A stretch of 64,000 nt of DNA from Candidatus Cloacimonadales bacterium (GTDB lineage Bacteria; Cloacimonadota; Cloacimonadia; Cloacimonadales; JAIOQZ01), in NCBI GenBank assembly GCA_963662655.2, contig CAXXTU010000002.1, forward strand, positions 1,824,001 to 1,888,000, in the 5' to 3' direction. The position numbers and the translations under genes were made by a program. Position 1 is the stretch's first letter. Each line of letters starts with the position of its first letter. This document shows positions 56,699-64,000 of the stretch, in pieces. The notes beneath the pieces are model-generated. The model made no database searches and was not told where the DNA came from. It was given only the letters and a program-made list of their open reading frames with translations.

Positions 56699-56815
56699 CA
56701 TGGAAGAAGCAGGCAACAACCTCGTCAAGTAACCGGCCAGAATCAATAAAAAGCATTGACAACAAGTTGATTGCCTCTATCGTTTTGCGGAGAAGTTCAA
56801 TTCAAGGAGTACACA

Positions 56816-57523
56816 ATGAATAGCAAGTGGGCTTGGATTCTCGGCATCAGCTTCATCGTTGCGGCAATAGCATTCGGTATCTTTTTCTTCGCCGCCAGGC
56901 AACAGGCAGACACCATCCGGGTTGTGGGTTACGCCGTTCGAGATTACGAAGCGGACCTCGTCAAATGGTCCTTCGCACTTACCGCTAATTCCGGTCTCGG
57001 TAATCCTGAAGAAGGGCACCGTGCGATCGGGAAGAAGCTGGAGAAATTCCGGAAGGCATGGGGCATCCTGAATCTCGATGTCGAAGACATGATCGTTCAT
57101 CCCGTGAACACACAAAACACCTACGGCATGGGCGGTGAGATGACCGGTTACACATTCCAGCAACGAATTACCGTAACCAGCAAGGCCATCGAATCCATCG
57201 AGCAGTTATCTATTGACCCTAAAGCTCTGCTTGACCAGGGAATCAGCGTGGAGTACTCGAATCTTGAGTACTTCTCCACCGAGCTGGGTGAAATCAAGAA
57301 AGACCTCCTGGCAGAAGCCACGCAAGACGCTCGTGAACGTGCGGAGAAAATCGTTTCGCTCAGCGGGAGAACGCTATCCAAAATGACGTCCGCTCGCTCG
57401 GGAATTTTCCAGATAACGGAGCCGTACTCGACGGAAGTGTCGGACTATGGGATGTATAGCACCAGCACACGCAAGAAGAGCATCAAGGTAACCGTCAGCG
57501 CTGTATTCGAGATGGCGAAATAA
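56816..57523 (+). CDS. SIMPL (DUF541) domain protein
   Basis: N-terminal TM; I.V.G......AD...W; LL.EA..DA..RA..I; G.FQIT; K...V.V...F. Confidence 0.85.
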   Translation: MNSKWAWILGISFIVAAIAFGIFFFAARQQADTIRVVGYAVRDYEADLVKWSFALTANSGLGNPEEGHRAIGKKLEKFRKAWGILNLDVEDMIVHPVNTQNTYGMGGEMTGYTFQQRITVTSKAIESIEQLSIDPKALLDQGISVEYSNLEYFSTELGEIKKDLLAEATQDARERAEKIVSLSGRTLSKMTSARSGIFQITEPYSTEVSDYGMYSTSTRKKSIKVTVSAVFEMAK

Positions 57524-57588
57524 GCGAAAGGGATTTTTTTCCCGCTACCGTCGTGGCATCTTCGCCCGATCCCTCTCTCCAACGTGGA

Positions 57589-57735
57589 TATAACACGCCC
57601 TAATATCCGCTAACATGATTTCGCCAAGCGAAATCACAACGCTCATGTTATCGTTTTGCTTCGCAAAGCCGAAATTTAGCGTGTAACACCACGTCTGCGT
57701 TCGCGATCGAACGAACCTGCTCACGACTCGTTATA
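57589..57735. repeat. Nested palindromic element bounded by TATAAC...GTTATA (attC-like)
   Basis: Outer TATAAC/GTTATA; inner CGCTAA/TTAGCG, TAACATGA/TCATGTTA, TGATTTCGC/GCGAAATCA, CGTTCG/CGAACG. Confidence 0.45.
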
Positions 57736-57740
57736 GAAGC

Positions 57741-57771
57741 AAAAAGCTCCACGATCAGGTGGAGCTTTTTT
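57741..57771. terminator. Bidirectional intrinsic terminator
   Basis: AAAAAGCTCCAC...GTGGAGCTTTTTT. Confidence 0.82.
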
Positions 57772-57801
57772 ACATCGTACGAGTGGATATGTACGAATTC
57801 T

Positions 57802-59581
57802 CTATTTCATGCTTTTCAGCAGGTTGTCGATCCCCTTGGCCGCGCGGTGTCCATCGGCGATCGCGCTGATGGCGTCCGCGGTGCTATTGGCGATGTCGCC
57901 TCCCGCAAAGACTTTGTTATCGCCTGTTTGATTATGTTCATACACGAGTATTTTACCGCGCTTGACCTTCACCTTGTCAATGAGGTCTTCCGGAATGAAG
58001 GAGAGGTCTCCCCCCTGCCCGATCGCGCTGATTATGGTGTCGAACGTATCGCGATGGATTTTATCTTCCATCAGAACCGGATTCGGGCGTTTTCCCGAGC
58101 CCTGATCTTCCATGCGAGCCTCACCCCAAACGAAGATAAGGGAATCGCTCTCGCCTCTCTCGATCTTGATCGGGATGGACTGCGTAACGATCTTCACGCC
58201 TTCGTGCTTGGAGTCGTGAATTTCTTCCTCGTCGGCAGGCATATCCATTTCTCGTCTGCGATAGAGCAGCGTAACATCGCAACCCAGCCGGCGCGATACG
58301 CGGGCATGCGTCCATCGCGACATTACCGCCGCCGATTACGGCGACTCGCCGGCCAATCCCTGGATCACGCCCCTCGGTCACATCGTCGAGGAGCTTCAGG
58401 CCGGGAATCACGCCAGGCAAATCCTCACCCTCGATGCCCAGGTTATAGGGCTGATCAAGCCCGATCGCGATGAAGATGGCGTCTGAGTTCTCATGCAGGT
58501 CCCGCATGGTGATATCCGAACCGACCCGCGTGTTGTATTTCATCGTAACGCCCAGCTCCACGATATGCTCGATATCTTTATCGAGCTGCAACTCGGGCAG
58601 ACGGTATTCGGGAACCCCGTACCGGAGCATCCCTCCTGCTTTGGAACGCGCCTCGTAGATGGTGACTTCGTAACCCATGAGAATCAGATAGTAGGCCGCG
58701 GAGAGTCCCCCCGGGCCACCACCAATGATGGAAACTTTCTTTCCGTTGGAAGCGAACTCTTCCCCAATAATTTCCGCGAAACGGTTCTCCGGTATCTGGT
58801 CGATAATGTAACGCTTGAGCCAGCGGATCGAAATCGGATCGCCAAGATGCCCCATCGCGCAGGTTTCTTCGCAACGATGCGTGCAGATACGGCCACAAGT
58901 CGCGCTCATAGGATTGGTGCGATAGAGAAGCCGGAGCCCCTCTTCGATGTCCCCTTCCCGAACGGCCTTGATGTAATCGGGAATATCCATGTGAGCCGGA
59001 CAGGCCGCAACGCATATTCCGCATTGAACGCATCGATCCGCCTCTTTCTGCGCCTGCTCCTTCGAGTAACCTTTCACCATCTCCACAAAGGATTTGATCC
59101 CCTCGTCAAAATCCTCCATGGACATGGCGACTCTCTCGTGATGTAGCAGAGAGTAATTTTCTGCGCGACAGTATCCTTTCTCACTGTCATCCCAGGGCTT
59201 TTCTTCGGCTCCCGGAACAAAGCGATAGGCATCCGCGTCGGTATCGACCCAAGTGTACTCGTTGGACATGGTGAGCGATCCCGTGGTGCAAACATCCACA
59301 CAAAGCGCGCACCAGCAGCAGCGACCGTAATCGATCATCGGGCGCAATCCGCTGTCGCCTTTGGTGGTCTCGACTCCTTCAACCGGCACCATATCGATGG
59401 CCGCGTTCTGGCAAATATCGGAGCAGGTTCCGCAACCGATGCACTTCTCGATGTCGTTTTTGTGGAACCCGCGGTAACGATCCGCCCCTTCCCGCTCGGT
59501 GAGTGGGCTATCGACCACAAACGGTTTGGAGAAAGCGCGTTTCCACACATAGAAGGGTGACAGTATATCTTTCAAACTCAT
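57802..59581 (-). pseudogene. NuoI-like 2x[4Fe-4S] domain fused to GltD/NfnB-like FAD/NADPH oxidoreductase; +1 frameshift near 58306 (may be a sequencing error)
   Basis: YRGFH, CIGCGTC, CCWCALC, CVQC..C...CP, CGRIC...CEETC, GGGPGG, GGGNVAMDA | ARVSRRLG..V..LYRR, FAGGD; span 1780 = 3n+1. Confidence 0.85.
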
Positions 59582-59757
59582 GATTTCTCCCGTATACAAT
59601 CAATCATCGTCAATATCATTCGTTTTTGCCCTGTTTTTCCAAAAACAGGTCCGGAGCAGGTTTGAGGAAACGGAGTCCGAAGATGTGTATCCACACATCG
59701 AGTCGACGAGGTTTGCTCAAAGATGCCCGGAATCTCGTTCACCTTATTCATTTCCCT

Positions 59758-60909
59758 TTAGCGTTCAATTTCCGGCGGATAGGTGTGCAGTGAAACATTG
59801 ATTCCCGCCACATCCGAAATACTTACGCCGCGCATCAGGTCTTCCATGAAGGGTATCGCGGTCGGATAGCTCGGTCCGCGCACATATACGCGTCGCGGAT
59901 ACGCCGAGCCGTCGGAAACCAAGTAGTAGCCGTATTCACCGCGCGTACTCTCCGCTTTGATATAGGTTTCTCCCGCCGGGATTTTCCAGTGGAGGACATT
60001 CGGTACTTTTACATGGAATTCGCCGGAATCTGGCATCTGTTTGAGAATCTGGCGGATCAGGGATATCGACTGGTGCATCTCCCGCCAGCGCAGATAGGCC
60101 CGGTTGTAAACATCGGATTTTGTATCGGTGATCACATCGAAATCGAGCTGGTCGTAGAACAAGTAGGGTTGATCCTTGCGCGTGTCCCGCTTCAGTCCCG
60201 TTGAACGGGCATTCGGACCCACCAGGCCGTAGCGATCCACCATATCCGGCGTGATGATCGCCAGATCCTTCGCGCGCATCTTGAACACCGCGCTGTTGAA
60301 CATCACGATCTCGATATCGTGCAAGAGCCGCTCCACCTTCTGAAGCACCTTTTCCATGCGATCCTCAAAACCTTCCGGCAACGGGCTGCGCACGCCTCCC
60401 GGAATGATGTACATGTGGTATACGCGCCCCCCGGTCAGTTCCTCGAACAAATCCAGCATGAAATCGCGGTGCGCCACGGCCCACTGTCCGACGGTTCCCA
60501 TTCCAAACGCCCCCGCCTGACCGCCGATCCACATCAGGAAGCTCGCCAGACGCGACATCTCCAGAATGAGATTTCTCAGCCACTTCGCTCGCTCGGGAAT
60601 CTCGATCCCAGCCAGCTCTTCGGCGGCAGCGACAAATCCGTACTCGTTGTAGTCGGGCTCGGGCACGGCAATGCGGCACACGATGGGAAAGCACTGGATG
60701 TACGTCCTGCGCTCCATCAGCTTCTCGAATCCGCGATGCAGATACCCAACGTGGGTCACGCAGTCGACGATTTCATCGCCGCAAACGGTCAGCTCCATGG
60801 ACATGTTTCCCGTGATGCCCGGGTGATTGGGGCCTTGCCAGAGTTTGAGATACTTACCTGATTTCAGGTCGATCTTCTCTTTCGGTTTGATCATGTTTTT
60901 CTCCTGCAT
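59758..60909 (-). CDS. NuoD-like subunit (MbxL/MbsL type), no NiFe ligands
   Basis: GPNHPG, GYLHRGFEKL, RIAVPEPD, E.TRGE.G, RGPS, YPPEIER. Confidence 0.9.
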   Translation of the reverse strand: MQEKNMIKPKEKIDLKSGKYLKLWQGPNHPGITGNMSMELTVCGDEIVDCVTHVGYLHRGFEKLMERRTYIQCFPIVCRIAVPEPDYNEYGFVAAAEELAGIEIPERAKWLRNLILEMSRLASFLMWIGGQAGAFGMGTVGQWAVAHRDFMLDLFEELTGGRVYHMYIIPGGVRSPLPEGFEDRMEKVLQKVERLLHDIEIVMFNSAVFKMRAKDLAIITPDMVDRYGLVGPNARSTGLKRDTRKDQPYLFYDQLDFDVITDTKSDVYNRAYLRWREMHQSISLIRQILKQMPDSGEFHVKVPNVLHWKIPAGETYIKAESTRGEYGYYLVSDGSAYPRRVYVRGPSYPTAIPFMEDLMRGVSISDVAGINVSLHTYPPEIER

Positions 60910-60957
60910 AAAACAGAAATCATCAATGCCTGGGCAGGCAGAATGCCTGCGTTCCGG

Positions 60958-61486
60958 TTATTCTTCCGGATACAGCTTCTTTTTCATATACTCGCGCGGA
61001 TCGTGATTCACACGTCCCGGGCGCGGGAAATAGGTCTCGTCCGAGTACTTCTTTGTATCGAAATCGCGGCGATAGGGCGGTGGGCCGTCCCATCCCTCCA
61101 GGATCATCGGTTCGTCCACGCGGGGACTGCCCGGGAAATCGATCCCGAACATCTCTTTCCACTCGCGCTGGTACGTCGCCGCATGCTCCCACAGGTGGTG
61201 AATCGATTCCATCACGGGGTTATCGCGATCGATCAACACACGCACGCCCAGATCCAGATGCTTCTCGTAGTTGTGCAGCATGTAGGTTATCTGGAACTGG
61301 CTGTCCTCGATGTAATCGACTGCCGTGATAAACGCCAGATGGGTGAATCCCTGCACGCGTTGAAGCCAGGTGATTGCATCGACCAGCTTCCCTTTTTCAA
61401 CGGTGATCCACGCCCTGATCGGCCCGGCCGATTTTCGATGCCGTTAACGGATAGCTCTGTGAAATCTTTTCAATGAGTTCTTTCAT
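60958..61486 (-). pseudogene. NuoC-like subunit (MbxK type); +1 frameshift near 61413-61430 (may be a sequencing error)
   Basis: GAGGA SD + ATG 61486 MKELIEK; frame switches to AWITVEKGKLVDAI...GFTHL..ITAVD...YQRE..EMFGI.F.G; span 529 = 3n+1. Confidence 0.8.
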
Positions 61487-61492
61487 AGTCCT

Positions 61493-62128
61493 CTACCAGT
61501 TGTAATCGGGCATATCCCAATCTTTTATGATTTTCTTCTGGTTCGCCTTGTACCACTCGAAGTTCTCGGCGTACTGGTTCGCGCCTTCCGCCTTCCCCTC
61601 CCTGATGAGTTCCTTCAGCTTGTCGAAACCCGCGATGAGGGCTTCCGGCCTCGGCATGCACCCCGCGATGTAAACATCCACCGGGATGTAATGATCCAGG
61701 CGATTGATGGTGTTGTAGCTGTCCCAGTACATCCCGCCGTTGATGGTGCAGCTCCCCAGCCCGATCACGAACTTGGGATTCTGCATCTGCTCGTAGCTGC
61801 GGATGATGCGCTTGAGGGTCTTGACCGAGGCGTAACCGCCGATGATGAACACGGAGGACTGCCTCGGAGTAGGGCGTCCCGAAATCCCGAAGCGATAGAC
61901 GTCGAAACGGGCTGTCATCAGGGGGCGCAATTCCACCGCGCCGCAGCCGGTTCCAAAGCTCAGAATCCACAGGGAATTCGCTCGGGCCCAGTTGAGAAAC
62001 TTCTCCACGTACTTGCCCAGCGGTTTACTTGGCTTGGGCGGTTCCTGACAGTATAGAACCGGATCCTTGATCTGCTGTTGAATCAGCTCTTTCACATCGA
62101 TTTCTTGTTGCTTGATTTCTTGATCCAT
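61493..62128 (-). CDS. NuoB-like subunit (MbxJ/MbsJ type)
   Basis: WAR.NSLW, GTGCGAVE (single Cys), PRQ, PKFVI..GSC...GG, PVDVYI.GC.PRPEA. Confidence 0.92.
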   Translation of the reverse strand: MDQEIKQQEIDVKELIQQQIKDPVLYCQEPPKPSKPLGKYVEKFLNWARANSLWILSFGTGCGAVELRPLMTARFDVYRFGISGRPTPRQSSVFIIGGYASVKTLKRIIRSYEQMQNPKFVIGLGSCTINGGMYWDSYNTINRLDHYIPVDVYIAGCMPRPEALIAGFDKLKELIREGKAEGANQYAENFEWYKANQKKIIKDWDMPDYNW

Positions 62129-62137
62129 GTTCTCTCC

Positions 62138-63086
62138 TTACAAAATCCACAGAACAACGATTGATAGGATCCCGATGACTGTGGGGACTCCCAGGAAAAA
62201 TCGTATCGACTGCTCCGGCCGGAAACGAGGGTAGGAAACGCCCACGATCACCGAAAGCATATACAGCGCGAAGGTTTTACCCATCATGACCAGGATCGCG
62301 ACGAGGTTAGTTCATGAACCCGCCAGCGCCAACGGAAGATCCGCCCAGGAAGAGGTTCATGAAGAGCACCAGTTTCGCACCGGTGAAGATGGCGCGATTG
62401 GTCTGGAGCAATCCCAGGAATGTACTCTGGTACTCGGTGGGGGGCCCGATGGGAATTTCTTGCGGGGCCAGCACGATATCGAACGGCGAGTGCATGTTCA
62501 TGCCCTGCAATGCGATCAGCGCGGCGATGGTCGCCAGCGGATTGGTGAAGAGCGTCCAATTGAGAATCCCGCCTTGCTGCGCCGCCACGATTCCCGTAAT
62601 GGAAAGCGTGCCGTACTGCATCGCCAGTGAGATCACCGAAAGCGCGAACGGGACCTCGAACGCCGTCATCTGCGCCAGTCCTCTACCAACGGCCAGCGGA
62701 CTGTGCGGATGACCGCTCTCTCCCGCTCCCAGCGCCATTCCAAGCTGACCGAAAAAGATGAAGTACATCACCAGCAGGATGTCGCCCGAGAAACTGAAGT
62801 TGGCGAATATTGATGACTCGTACAGCACCGGTATGAACATCAGCGTTCCGATACCTCCGGCCAATCGAAAGACCGGCCCCAGGAAGAACATGGTTCCGTG
62901 GATCACACTGGTTCTCTTCCCCAGCGTCTTGATGATATCGATGTACGGCTGCCAGATCGGCGGACCGTAGCGTCCGTGGACCCTGCCCACGATCTTGCGA
63001 ATCAGACCGCCCATGATCAAGCCCCAGTTCATCACGATGAACAGGGTCAGCGCGGCGTTGCCAATCAGGATCAGATAATGACTCAT
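62138..63086 (-). pseudogene. NuoH-like membrane subunit (MbxM type); +1 frameshift near 62310 (may be a sequencing error)
   Basis: RK...R...R.GPP..QP..D..K, PFD...A..E...G...EY; C-terminus NLVAIL...YPRFR.EQ...VLWIL* in the next frame; span 949 = 3n+1. Confidence 0.82.
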
Positions 63087-64000
63087 AGACCTACTCCGAC
63101 GATAAAATATAGCACGATGATATACAGAAAGATTTGCATGGCGTATGTCTGGGCGTTACCGGTGTAAATCTGCCGGATCGCACCTGCGGTGGAGGCCGTC
63201 CACTCGCTTACGCCGTTCCAGAAAGACGTGGCGCGTGGCTTGATCAGACCGCCAAGCGCTTTTTGATAATATGGGAAGAAGTTGTATGCGTAGTGCGTCG
63301 TCTCGGGAATGAAGGGCTTCTCGGCAGCGTAGACAATGTTGAACTGCCCCACCTTCTTCACCTGACGAAGCCAAAGAATCAGCCAGAGCAGAACGAGCAT
63401 GAACACGCCCATCGTGACCCACATCACCGCCGATCCGTTCCAGTAACCGAGATTCGAGAGCAGCGTTCCCTCCTGCCATGCAAGCTGGCCAGGAATGGAA
63501 TCCGGTAGAATGGCACTCAACGGCTTTAGGAGGATCGTTGGGAACATCGAAACGACCATGATCCCGATCAAGAGCGCGAACTGCGGCGCAATCAGCCAGG
63601 GAGAGGCTTCTTTCACCTCACGATGCTCAACCTTGAGCTGTCCCAGGAACATGCTGTGGATCAGCCGGAACAGGTACAGAAACGCCACCGCGCTCGAGAA
63701 GAACGCTATCCCCGCCCTCAGATACCAGCCACGCTGGATCAGGCCGGTGTAAAGCATCCACTTCGCGCCGAATCCGGCCAGCGGCGGAACGCCAGATACT
63801 GCGATAATCGCGATGAGCACGGAGATGAAGCTCAGTGGCATCTTCTTGATCAAACCGCCCATCCTGTACATGAGTCGCGTACCCGTGGCGTGGACGATAC
63901 CCGCGACCGCCAGGAAAAGCATCCCCTTGAACATCACGTGCAGCACGGTAATGTACAGCGCGGCTGTCCAGCCGAGGTGATCGGCCATGGCAAGAGCAAG
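63083..64000 (-). CDS. NuoL/MrpA-D-like antiporter subunit (5' part outside window)
   Basis: H..FK..LFL..G, MGGL.KKMP, GVPPL.GF..KW, FLG. Confidence 0.88.
   Translation of the reverse strand, partial: LALAMADHLGWTAALYITVLHVMFKGMLFLAVAGIVHATGTRLMYRMGGLIKKMPLSFISVLIAIIAVSGVPPLAGFGAKWMLYTGLIQRGWYLRAGIAFFSSAVAFLYLFRLIHSMFLGQLKVEHREVKEASPWLIAPQFALLIGIMVVSMFPTILLKPLSAILPDSIPGQLAWQEGTLLSNLGYWNGSAVMWVTMGVFMLVLLWLILWLRQVKKVGQFNIVYAAEKPFIPETTHYAYNFFPYYQKALGGLIKPRATSFWNGVSEWTASTAGAIRQIYTGNAQTYAMQIFLYIIVLYFIVGVGL

Noticed and set aside
59758..62128. Group 4 NiFe hydrogenase
   Set aside because: The large subunit lacks both CxxC nickel-binding motifs
58300..62315. Programmed ribosomal frameshifting in the Mbx-like operon
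   Set aside because: The three sites share no slippery sequence or obvious stimulatory structure; error or decay is simpler

Overview
Bacterial chromosomal window, probably from an anaerobic diderm of the FCB group. Candidatus Cloacimonadota is my best guess, from the FlgD/T9SS-like C-terminal tails, PorV/UPF0164 protein and Mbx-like complex; this is inference, not a database result. In order: infB-rbfA-DHH-truB-ribF-membrane protein-radA; an SDR epimerase; a DUF134-DUF5320-2x MinD/4Fe-4S ATPase-NifX metallocluster operon; an ArsR-Trx-ArsP-Trx-CcdA-DGC-ArsC operon; ltaE and ttcA; two fused shikimate-pathway genes (AroC::chorismate mutase, AroD::AroE); xerC; secreted proteins with T9SS-like tails; a roughly 12 kb operon of TonB-dependent receptor-ExbB-ExbD-ExbD-TonB-large CTD protein-PorV-like barrel-CTD protein; lipoate ligase, purM, PfkB kinase, aminotransferase; a hybrid kinase-REC/HisKA-hemerythrin cluster; trxA, Nudix, PspC, TetR, methyltransferase, serine hydrolase; an AT-rich AbiJ/HEPN-like gene flanked by REP-like elements; an extended ECF sigma; SIMPL; and the distal part of an Mbx/Mbs-like membrane oxidoreductase operon with a NuoI::GltD fusion and three +1 frameshifts. 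Several strongly structured intergenic elements are unexplained. I found no rRNA, tRNA, CRISPR array or transposase. The best candidates for an undescribed system are the TBDR/ExbBD/TonB + CTD cargo + PorV operon and the cysteine-less Mbx-like complex with a fused NADPH module. All family calls come from motif recognition by eye; no searches were run.
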